In this document: piece by piece, positions 24,100 to 34,370 of the stretch
Layout of the letters: each line of letters opens with the position of its first letter
How positions within the stretch are numbered: position 1 is the first letter of the stretch
Assembly (NCBI GenBank): GCA_036172245.1
Contig: JAYWIR010000094.1
Coordinates: forward strand, 62,001 to 126,000
Reading direction: 5' to 3'
Origin: Raillietiella orientalis
Taxonomy: Eukaryota
DNA: 64,000 nucleotides
Notes under the pieces: model-generated
Seen by the model: only the letters and a program-made list of their open reading frames with translations
Database searches by the model: none
What the model was told of the DNA's origin: nothing
Program-made: the position numbers and the translations under genes

Positions 24100-27000
24100 T
24101 GAGGGCAATCGCGTCTTCTCGTCGTGTTGCCGTAACGTCTTGGAACGTCAACGGGCTCCAACACGAGGAGAAGAGGCGACTAGTGGCTCACGCTCTGCGC
24201 GCTTTCGACTTGACGCTCCTGCAGGAGATTCACAGCATCTCCGGAGAGCAGGCTGCCAAAATCGAACGGCGCGCGGGCGGAACGCTACTTTATAGGTGCG
24301 GCGTTGCACGTACGTGCGGTGTCGCTTTCCTCGTACGAGGAACTTTGGCGGGAGCGGTGCGCAGCGTTCGTTTCGACACGGAAGTCCGAGTGGGACTGTT
24401 TGTACTCAAGTGGTCCGACTCGATCGACCTTGTCGTAACCAACGTGTACGCGCCGAGCGGTGCTGGACGATGGGCCGAAAGGATTGAGTTCTTCGGTACC
24501 CTTCAAGGCCACTGGCTCACTCGATCTCACCCTACTGTGGTCCATCTCATTGCGGGGGACTTTAACGTCCACCTGCTTTCCGAGAATAGATCCCACAAAA
24601 GGGAAAAGTTGCTAGCGGAAGAGATGTGCGCGTCCGTGCACGCGTGCAACTTGTTCGCTAGCGACCCTGTTATCGCAGCAACGCCGGACCACGTATACCT
24701 GGATAAACACTTGCTCTGTCGAGTGGGTCGGAGAGGTCCCGTGCCGTCCGTGCTTTCAGACCACAACAGGCTCGAGTTCGAGTTGCTCCCGCCAGGGAAG
24801 GGGCCTCCAAACTGTTTTTGGAGGATGCCAGGAGACTGGCTAAGCCACCCGGAGGCGGCTGAGCATCTTCGCCAGTACCTCCTCGGCTTTGCCATAAGTG
24901 AGCTCGAGGACTGGAACGATCTGAAAAGATCGGTCCACGAGTTCTGCTGCCGGTTTCCCTTGCACCAGCTTCCGCGCGGCTTCGGAGAGGGTGTAGCAAA
25001 CAGCAGAGATTTTCTGCAGGCCCGCTCCTTTTCCAGGCGCGCGGACGTTGGTCGATTATCCGAGTACAAGGCCAAGGCCGAGCGCCAGGTCTGGCAGTCA
25101 GGGGCGACAGTTCTGCTCGACGACCAGGACCGGGAATGCTCGGCTCCAGCCGACGTGCGACGGATAGTAAGGCGCTATTACCCTTCTCTGTTTGCGGAGG
25201 CATCGACGGAACGCAGCCTCTCCCGGCTGCTTCTGTCGATTGATGCACCTGTTGTGGACGAGGAGGAACGGGCGCGTCTTGATGAGCCCTTCACGGCAGA
25301 GGAAATTTCCTCGGCCATCTCGGGGCTCAAGAGACATAAAGCTCCAGGCGAAGATGGGCTCCCCGCGGAATTCTTTCATTGTTTTGCGGCGGAGCTCATC
25401 CCCCTGGTGCTCCAACTCTCGTCGCTGATGCGAGACTCGGGCGATGTCCCCGCCTCGTTTCGCTCAGCGAAGGTGCGTCTACTGCCGAAAGGCGGAGATT
25501 TGCGCCAACTGAACAACTGGCGTCCGATCACATTAGTGAATTCGGACGTCAAGTTTTTCTCGAAACTTTGGGTGGCGCGGATGGGTAGGATCGCGAAATC
25601 CTTGGTAAGTCCGGAGCAGACGTACGCTGTTCCTGGGCGGTCCATGGACGCAAATCTCTTGTTCATCCGCACATGGCTGCAATTGCAGCATCGTGTAGCG
25701 GTGAATCGTCGTGCGGGGGCGACGCCTTCGATCTCTCACCGACGGAGGCGCGGGACGCGAAGGGAGACACCGGGAGCATTGGCGGTTGCAGTCGATCTGC
25801 ACAAAGCTTTCGATTGCGTGAACCAAAAGCTTCTTCTTGAGCTTTTGGAACGTCTGGGTCTTCCGGCATCCCTGTTGGCGTACTTGCGCTCCTGCTGGCG
25901 CCACGCGATTACATCCATTGTTTTCAGTGGCTGTCGCGTGTACGGCGTGCCGGTACGACGAGGAATTAGGCAGGGTGAAAGCTTAAGCCTGCTGCTCTTA
26001 AGCATCTATTTTGAAATGGTGCTGGAGGCTTACAGGCTGACGCTAGCCAACCTGTCGAGCTCCTGTCTAGGTGCGCCAGCCGTGCCAGCCTATGCCGATG
26101 ACCTGCTTCTCCTGTTGCCCATGTCCACCCAGGCGGCGTCGCTTGAAGACTTCTTTGAGTGGATTCGTCGCGGTGCGGGCGTGAGCGTTAACAGGAGTAA
26201 GTGTATGGTTGTTCCGGTTGGTGCGACGTGGGAGGGGCAGTCCGACTGGATCGACCTGAGGATCCCCACGGGCAGGTACCTCAGGCACCTTGGCGTGCCG
26301 CTGGGCGACTTCTGCATCTCAGAAGCGTGGTCGGACTGCCTTCGGAAGGCAGAGCGTGCACTTGGTCCGTTTTCAGGAGGCGAGTTCGTCTTGCCGGAAC
26401 GGGCCTGCATCTGGAACACCTTCGTTGCCTTCCTCCTCCGCCCCCTGTTTTTTGTTTGTCCACCCCCCCAGGAAGTCAAAGTCTGGGCGCAGCGCCTTCT
26501 ACGCAAAGCGTTGTGGGGCGCTGCAAGATCCCGTGTTAGACTTAAAGACTTGGTGGCGCCGCGTCAGGATGCAGGCTTGGGCATCCTCGACTTAAACAGC
26601 ATCGGACTGCAGGTGCAGTTCCGCATGCTGCGGCTCTGTGCCAAGCTGTGGTGTACGCCGTGGTGCTTACCCGCACGCCTTATACTGAGGCGCTGCACGG
26701 GAAGCAAGGGACTGCTTTCGTTGCTACCCCACTTTCGGCACACCAGAATAGGGTTTGGCTTCCCGCTGAGGCAGCTGTCCTCACTGCTGCAATCCCAAAG
26801 CTGGATCTCCTGCCGCCCCATGAACATTAATGCATGGCGGCAGGAATCTTTTTCATCGTGGGCAGCTTCCGAAGGAACGCGCCCGGAAGATCTTCGACGT
26901 CTGCGTCTTCTCCTCAGTCATCAAATGGACGAAGTCATGCAGGACAAGAAGTTGTCGGATCGTCTGACCGCCACACCACTCGCCGCAGCGCTGTCTGCCC

Positions 27001-27654
27001 TCAAAGCAAGCAACGACGGTTGCCTACCGGCGGAATGGGAGTTCTCCTGCAAAATAGCGGGAGTCAGTAAGCTCCTCGGCAGCTGGACGACAAAGGAGCT
27101 GGTGCAAGCCGCCACACCTCGGAATCGGGCGAAGGGACTGCTTCGGTGGAGCGAACATTTAAGTGTGCCCCCCGGAGAGATAGTGGTTCCCCCCGTTTGC
27201 TTGGACAGCTCCGTGTTCCCCCTTAAGTGGAAACAAGATGTGCTGCTCTTTTTACATTGTGCATTTCACTGTAATAGGCAGCGAAGCATCGTTTCCGGGG
27301 GAGCTGCTTTGCCAAACTGTTTAAGGTGCGGAGAGATCGAGTCTTTTCCGCACCTTTTGCTGGACTGCGGTGACCTCCGTGAACTGTGGCGAAGGCTCAC
27401 TTCGGCCATCATGCCACAAGGAGGCACTGCCATCGAGATGCAGAAATGGACTTTCGGTTGGCGCGATTGTCGCAACCATGTGTTGCGTTCGCGCCATCGT
27501 GAAGGCCCGCTACAACCTGGAGTTGTCATCGCAGCGAAAGGAGGCTCACCTGCTTGCAGCTCAATTCATGGAGAAGGCTTCAAGGTGGTCTCATCTTCGT
27601 GACAAGGTGAATGAGGACATCACCGGCATACATCGCTGGTTTACACACCTTTGA
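24099..27654 (+). CDS. E ORF2: APE endonuclease + reverse transcriptase + C-terminal Cys/His motif; open for about 1,120 codons, frameshift near 27450
   Basis: SWNVNG, LLQEIH, NVYAP, AGDFN, DHVYL, SDH, KAPGEDG, WRPITLVN, DLHKAFD, GIRQG, YADD (26091), HLGV, CLRCGEIESFPHLLLDC. Confidence 0.95.
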
Positions 27655-27977
27655 GAACGGCGTAATCCGGTGATCCCTTCGACCTCTCGCCCACCCATAA
27701 CCCGTCCCCGTTCGCTCGGTAAAATTTCCGGTGCCCATGCTTTTATCCCCGTGTATTCCAGAGCGATCCCAAAGACTCTTATCCCGTCCTCCTTATTCAT
27801 TGTTTTTATTTTATTTTGGTTTCTTTGTGTTTCCCGCCCCCCCAAACCGTTCACAAATCTGTTACTCTGGCCTGCGTGCCAGCAATATTCTCTTCATTCT
27901 TATTCAGTCGTCGGTTGAGAGTTTGGTTCCCAACTGGCTTATTTTGTATAATTGCTTTTTTTGGTTATGTTATATGG

Positions 27978-28004
27978 AATAAACGCCCCGGCGTGACCGG
28001 GTGA
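27978..28004 (+). terminator. Conserved element 3'-end signal: AATAAA + CCCGG-N5-CCGGG hairpin (type example)
   Basis: Homologous motifs at 1006-1033, 10545-10571, 13873-13899, 28554-28584, 36454-36484, 40873-40903, 43858-43882, 45439-45469, 46232-46264, 49931-49959, 51458-51488, 54118-54146, 61696-61725; some are decayed. Confidence 0.85.
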
Positions 28005-28008
28005 GAAA

Positions 28009-28553
28009 TCTCTTGGGCTTGTTCTGCAGAGATCACGTGGATCTCCTGCAGCAGCGTAAGGTCGCAGGACTCGAGAAGGGCGGCCACGTCTCGTCTCCTG
28101 CCGGCGTCTGTCATGCCGTTCACGTTCCAAACAGCGATGCGCAGACGACGGCGGGAGGAGATTCCCGGCATTACTGCAGGGAAGATTAAGGTGTGGAGGA
28201 GCCCTCCTCTTGCGAGGCGGGCGGGATGTTTATGGGGGTTTCGGCCTTCTCAGGCACCTGAGGCACCTGTTCGGCCTCCACCCCCTCCATCCCCTCCGTG
28301 TCCGCGCGTGGGAGTCTCTCGGGCGACGGGTCCCGAGTGTTTCCCACGCTCATGGCATTCTCGCTTGCGGAAGCCATCTCTTCCCCTTCGACGAGGGAGA
28401 CGAGCTTCCTTGGCTTTGTGGACCTACGTCCAGCCTTCTTGCGCGGTGCCGCGGAAACGGAGGCTGCGCTTCCGGCCTCCACCTCGGGGTCGGAAGTGGG
28501 GGACTCCTGAGGGGAGGCCGGACGCCTTACGGCTTTCTTGCCAGCCTTGGAGG
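28009..28553 (-). mobile_element. Segment F: ORF1 C-terminus + APE N-terminus; continuation of H beyond the G insertion
   Basis: SKAGKKAVRRPASP...; MPGISSRRRLRIAVWNVNG..LLQEIHVISAEQA; H+F are contiguous in the uninterrupted copy V (about 52740-52800). Confidence 0.88.
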
Positions 28554-28785
28554 TTTACACCCGGGTACGCCCGGGGCGTTTATTTTTTAAAAAAAAGAAA
28601 AAAAAAAAAACAACTCTACATCCGCGGTACAAGGCCCCGCTCACGGCCATATGCACTGGACCTGCCGGGACGCCGGGACGCAGCCCAGCGTAGCGTTCCT
28701 CAGCAGCGAAGGGGGATGGGGATAAAACCAAAAGAAAAATAAAAAACATAAACAGACAAAAAGAAGTTGGAGGGCAGGGAAGGGA

Positions 28786-31700
28786 TCACTGAACGCTGTG
28801 AGGAGGGCCCATCCGTTGAAGGAAGCCCTTGAAGTCCGTCCGTATATTCCCCAGTTGGGGCCATCCGGCAGCTCTCCGCATGAAGCGTTGGGCGTATGGG
28901 ACGACATCCCTCGCGTGTGGACCCACTCCTTCGGTATTGGCGTCGCTCCATGCCGCCACGATGCCACGGACACAGCACAAGGCTGCGATGGCTGCGGCTG
29001 GCTGCAGTGCGTCCTTCACGAAGAGGGGCCGAAGAACGTCTCTGGGGGTGCTGCCCGTAGGGAGCCCTCGGGTCGCCCCGAACCGTTCCCAGAGGGGTCG
29101 GATGGCAGCACAATCCACAATAAGGTGGGGAAGCGACTCCCGCTCCCCGCACCTGGCACACGCAGGATCCACAGCTCCCCTCGTCCAGTGGAAGCGGCGC
29201 GCGTTGCAGGGTAGACCCCAGTGCAACAACAGCAACGCCGACTCTTGCCACTTAAGGGGCAGGATCCTGGATTCCTTTAATACCGGGGGCCACTTCAGCA
29301 CATCCGTAGGGATGGCGAGCAGCTCGCCCCATCTCATTAGTCCACGCGGCTGGACGCTCGGGGTCGTGGCGTCCGCCAGTTCTCCTGTGGTCCAGCCGCT
29401 TAACATCTTCTCCCTGCCTGCGATCTGGCAGGTGACTTTCCACCTCGGCTTCTGGCAATCCTGAAGCGCCCTCAGGAGGTAGGGCATCGCCGTAGCAAGG
29501 AGGGTCGTCAACGCCCACCTGCGACTCCGAGGAAATTCGAGTATTTCCCGCAGGGTGCGGTTGGCGTATGGGCCGATTCGCAGGCAGTTCATGTGGTTTT
29601 CGCTCCTCCGGTTCAGCTTAGCCCATGTGCCAGCAGACTCCACTAACCAGGCGGAGGAGTTGGCAAGGCCACAAACCATCCAACCGTTCGTCTTCGCCAA
29701 GGTTGCTATGCGTCCGAGCATAAGGCCGCATCTTCGGATCTTCCGGCCAGGGCACAGAAGAAACGACGTGAGTCCTTCGCATCGGGACACACGCCTGGCG
29801 AGGTGGCGGGCCGGAACGCACCAAGGGGTGCTCCACATCTTCGCTGCGATGGCGAGGGTTCGCCACCGCAAGCTGGATTTCCACGCGCTCCAGCGTCAGG
29901 AGGCCAAGGCCGCCGTCCCGACGCGGAGCGCACAAGTCCTGCAGAGGGAATCGGGGCCTCCCCTTGCCCCAAAGGGCGATGCGGAGGAGGTCTTTCGTCC
30001 TCTTTTTAACTACTCTTGGGGCGGGGCAAACAAGAAGCAAGGGGCGGAGGATGGGGGCCGCGAAGGCGTTCCAAACCGCGGCCCGTTCCGGCAAGTGAAA
30101 CTTGCCTTCCAGGAACGGGCCGATCGCCGTCTCGACTTTTTGAAGACAGCTGGACCACGCTTCCGCAGGGGAGTAGTCACCCAACGGCACACCAAGGTAC
30201 TTGAGGCACCTCGCCGTGGGGATCCCCAGACGGACCCAGTCCTGCTGCCCTGCCCACGCCGCACCTACTGGCACCACCGACGACTTCGCCCTGTTGACCT
30301 GCAGTCCGGTCCCACGGCTGAGCAGATCGAAGAAGTCTCCGACCGCCTTCGCCGGGGTGGACATAGGTAACAGGAGCAGAAGGTCGTTGGCATAGGCTGC
30401 TACGGCGGGCGTGCCGGGACACGAGCTAGGTAAGGAGGCCAAAGTCACCCTGTAGGCTCTCAGCACCAACTCAAAGTAGGTGCTGAAGAGCAGGGGACTC
30501 AGCCTATCTCCCTGCCTGATGCCCCGCCGCACCGGCACGCCATGCACCTTCTGACCGCTGAAACAGACGGAAATTATCGCATGGCGCCAGCAGGAGCGCA
30601 GGTAGTTGATCAAGGAGGGTGGGAAGCCCATGCGACCCAGGAGCTCCAACAAAAGCCCCTGGTCAACACAGTCGAACGCCTTATGGAGATCGACTGCGAG
30701 CGCTAAGGCCCCCTTCCCCGCCCGGGAGTCCATTCCCTGCCCTGCTGGCGGCCCTAAAGTGGGGTTGCCGATTTTTCCTTTCCCTTCCTTTTGACACCTC
30801 TGCGCGTGCATCCACGTGCTCGCGAAGAAGAGGTTGGCATCCATACTTCGCCCGGGAACAGCATATGTCTGCTCCGGGCTAATAATGGATTCTGCCACCT
30901 GCCCCAGACGCGAAGCCCATAGCCCGGCAACCAACTTGGCGTCCGTATTCACAATCGTGATCGGACGCCAGTTGTTCAAATTCCTAAGGTCTCCCCCTGT
31001 CGGAAGGAGCCTCACTCTGGCTGACCGAAACGAGGCGGGAACATCGCCTTCGTCTCGGATCAGCCTTGTCAGCTGAAGCAGCAGGGGTGCCAGCTCTTCC
31101 GCGAAGCTCTGATAGAACTCCGCGGGCAAGCCGTCTTCCCCTGGAGCTTTCCGACTCTTGAGCCTTTTGATACCGGCGAGAATTTCGCCGGTGGTAAAAG
31201 GCTCATCGAGGCTTAACGACTCCTCCTCCTCTATTGCCGGGGCACCATCCGGAAGCAAGAGCCGAGAGGCATCTTGATCCGGGGGCGCCCTGGCGTAAAG
31301 GGAGGAATAATAACTCCGCACGAGATGCCGTACCGACGCCGGGGACGAACATTCCCGTCCCTGGTCGTCCAGCAAGCTGGCCGACCCGGATTGCCAGGCT
31401 TGGCGTTCGGCCCCGGCGCGGTACTCGGCCAGGCGACGGACATTAGGGGTTCGCTCGTACCTACGGGCCTGTAAATAGGCCCGATGGTTGCGAGGACCCT
31501 CGCCGAATCCGGAGGGCAGGCGGTCCAGGGGGAACTGCTCGCAGAATGTTCGGACCGATTCCTTAAAAAGGTCCCAGTCTTGGAGATTCCGGAGCGTGAC
31601 GCCTCTCAGGTATTCGCGAAGGTGTTCCTTCGCACCTGAGAGTCGCGTCCGGTCCCCCGGCAGACGCCAGTCTGTGGATGGCGGTCCTTTGTCGCGAGGC

Positions 31701-31925
31701 CCCATCTCGAAAATTAACCGGGAATGGTCCGACAACGTTGACGCAACCCTCCCCCGTTTGCCGACCCGTGAACACAGGTCAGCGTCGAGGAAGACGTGGT
31801 CGATGCTGCGGACCATTCCCCTCTCACCTGCGAACAAGCTGCGCGCACGCATGGCGGCGCACAACTCGTTCATCGCGTTCACCTGTGTTTCCGGCTCACC
31901 TGTCAGCAGGCGGAGATTGAAATCC
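28786..31925 (-). pseudogene. G ORF2 lacking the APE N-half; frameshift near 29875; YAND instead of YADD
   Basis: ORFs 29618-31930 and 28786-29871 with all RT motifs and CARCGERESLPHLIVDC. Confidence 0.92.
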
Positions 31926-31940
31926 CTCAAGCTGCCATCC

Positions 31941-32876
31941 CTATTCGCCTTCCACCGTTTCAGAAGGTTTATCCTCCGGCTTACGCGCCGGAGGTTGAGG
32001 TGTTGGCAGCTTGTGCTGGCTCTTTTCTACTTTAGGTCTAGAGACCTTTGAAGCACGTTTCCCCTGCGCTTTTTTCGCGGCAGGGGGAACCGGGGTGGGG
32101 CGTTTGGGACACACGCGCCGAACGTGGCCCCGCTCCCCGCACAAATGGCATTGTATATTGGGACACCTTTTACGTAAGTGTCCCACGGTATCACAATGCC
32201 CGCAATACCGGGGCTTCCCTACATACCACAGGTCGACGTTTTCTTGCGCCACCTGTAGTTTGTGGGGAAGCCCACAATTCTCCCGTACGGTCACCCGCGC
32301 TGCAGCCTGCCCACCAAAAAGGCTATCGAAGCCGTCGAAAATGGAGGGTTTCGGCCACAGTGCGTGCACCTCACCGTACTTTCTTAATTCCTCACCAACC
32401 GCTGACCGCGTCATGCGGCTGGTGATGCCAGTCATGTGGACCACCACGGAGCGGTCCATTGATACTGGCAGGATCTTTCGGCCGTCTACGTTCAGCGGCG
32501 CATGGATTAGGCGGTGAGCCAAGGTGACATCTTTGCAGACCACCTCGACCCGCTGCCCGCCGCTGAGGACGGAGAGGCCGTCCAGATCCTTCTCAGTAAC
32601 GTTCGCGTCCTTCAACGCTTTGCTGAAGGCGCGCGCTGTCCGGCCGTCGAACAAGTTGCCTACCTGGTAGACAAGCGATGGCTTGTACCCGGAGGCCTTG
32701 TATGCGGCCATCTCCGCCATGGCTTCTGCGCTGGGCGCGGCCACCATGGCGCTCCATGTCCTCGGCGTGGCCGGGGATGATTCCGGGGCGGCTGCCCCTG
32801 CTCCAGTAGGCTGTGGGGGCGAACTAGCCTCCCCCACTCCCACCTCCATCGCGGTGTCCTCTGGCGTCGTGGCCAT
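31941..32876 (-). pseudogene. G ORF1 (gag-like, two CCHC knuckles), C-terminally truncated
   Basis: MATTPEDTAMEV.., CGHCDTVGHLRKRC, CHLCGERGHVRRVC. Confidence 0.9.
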
Positions 32877-32951
32877 TGGACACCGACGATGTACACAAAA
32901 CACCACACAGAAGAAGAAGCGCTTTCCTACTACTCTTTGGGGAGTGAAGGA

Positions 32952-32962
32952 AAAACACGTCC
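32952..32962 (-). promoter_or_regulatory. Conserved 5'-terminal motif GGACGTGTTTT (putative internal promoter element; type example)
   Basis: About 13 nt inside the TSD-defined 5' end of G; variants at 12642, 16324, 34357, 43245, 54095, 56415, 63670, 63948. Confidence 0.6.
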
Positions 32963-32975
32963 TCCTACTGGCCGC

Positions 32976-34370
32976 GGAGGGGGCTGGCTGCAACGAGGCT
33001 GGCAGCTCCTCCGCGGCTCGCGCGAAGGCTACGTCATCGATGGTGGTGTCGATGACGGACGCCGCCGCCGGCTTGCTCCCCTCGCTGTTGACTGTGTCAA
33101 CAGAGATGAGGTCGTCGGTAGCGGCGAGTTGTTTCCGGCAGCGTTCGACAACATCGAGAACGCGTTCGACAACGACGCTGCATTCTTTAATTATTGCGCT
33201 ATCCTGCTCTTTCTTCTTCTGTTGGTAGGCGATTTTCTTTTTCATCCTCCTCTCCTTCTTTGATTTTTTGGCCTTTGTCACTTTCCACCCAGTCTCCTGT
33301 TCGGCTCCCTCAACTTTTTCTGCGTTGGTCGCCGGGGTCTCGGGTGCGGCCTGGGTCTTGGGCGCGGGTGGCACTGCCTTCGAGGCAGCTTTCGCCGCCT
33401 GCCTTTTCTGCAGAAGCCGGGCGCGTTTTTTAAGGTTTCTCTTGGAAACCACCCGCACTGCTGCTTTCGGGCACACCTCCCTCGTGTGGCCCATTGTGCC
33501 GCATACTTGGCATTGCACATTGGGACACCTCTTTTTGAGGTGGCCCGACGTATTGCAGAAGCCACAGTATTTCGGCTCCCCCATATACCAGAGGTCGACG
33601 GTTCCGCCTTCTACCACGAGTTTGTGGGGAAGAGTGCAGCCCTCCCGAACGTTCACGCGCGCAGCAGTGAGGCCGTGTGGCAGCCCCGTGTAGTCCTCGG
33701 AAGGACTTACTTTCGTCCACTGCGCGTGGACCGTTCCGAACTGTTCCAAAGCGGCGCGAACCTGTTCTTTGCGCATTCGCGCGGTTACGCCTAACAGGTG
33801 GACCACCATGCTGCGGTCCGCCGTAGTGGGGAGGAGCCTGCGCGTCGGCATCACAACGGGGGCTCTAAGCTGTCGTTGGGCCTGCTCTGCATGTTTGCAG
33901 ATGACCTCAACGTACTGACCCCCGCTGCGGATGGTCATAGCGCTGAGCTCTTCCTCTTTCACATTGAGAGCGCGCATGCCCTTCGAGAAGGCGCGCGCGC
34001 TCTCTAAAGAATATAAATTGCCTACCTTGTAGAACAATGAGGGGTTGTACCCCTCCTCTACATAGGCCGACAATTCCGCCGAGGTTGCAGGCGATGGCGC
34101 CGACACAACGGCGCTCCACGCCCGCGCTGCAGCGGGGACCGATTCTGTGGGGGTGGATGCCCCCACCTCCATCGTTTCTGGGAGCGACGTTGCCGCCGCT
34201 CCCTGGCTCTCCATCGCCTCTGGGGGTGACGTTTCCGCTGCTCCCTGTCCATCCCTGGTGGTCGCGTCAGGCATCGCTGCCTGATCGACCACCGAACCAC
34301 ACGACGCTTGCACTGGGAAAGACTTACTGGCACGAGGAGCACTGAGAAAACACGTCCACCCTGGAGCACG
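32976..34370 (-). mobile_element. Segment H: 5' UTR and uninterrupted ORF1 N-terminal two-thirds
   Basis: First half of the 810-aa ORF: RAWSAVV, YNPSLFYKVGNL, CGFCNTSGHLKKRC, CQVCGTMGHTREVC. Confidence 0.9.

Larger units (their letters stand above)
16313..28008 (+). mobile_element. Element E: full-length L1/Tx1-like retrotransposon interrupted within ORF1 by element D
   Basis: 5' motif at 16324, ORF1 split 16451-17805 / 23393-24099, near-intact ORF2, end AATAAACGCCCCGGCGTGACCGGGTGA at 27978-28004. Confidence 0.85.
28554..32975 (-). mobile_element. Element G: both termini present, internal deletion (ORF1 C-terminus to mid-APE), inserted in sense orientation into H/F with a 5-bp TSD
   Basis: GGAGG at 28549-28553 and 32976-32980; 5' motif 32952-32962; 3' hairpin 28560-28575. 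Confidence 0.9.

Noticed and set aside
24099..27654. Bacterial retron, group II intron, DGR or CRISPR-associated RT system
   Set aside because: The APE-RT-Cys architecture with a CCHC ORF1 and AATAAA is diagnostic of eukaryotic non-LTR elements; no repeat-spacer array or operon context.
28590..28786. Hammerhead or HDV-like ribozyme in the UTRs
   Set aside because: No CUGANGA/GAAA core or HDV pseudoknot could be identified by eye; needs a covariance-model search.
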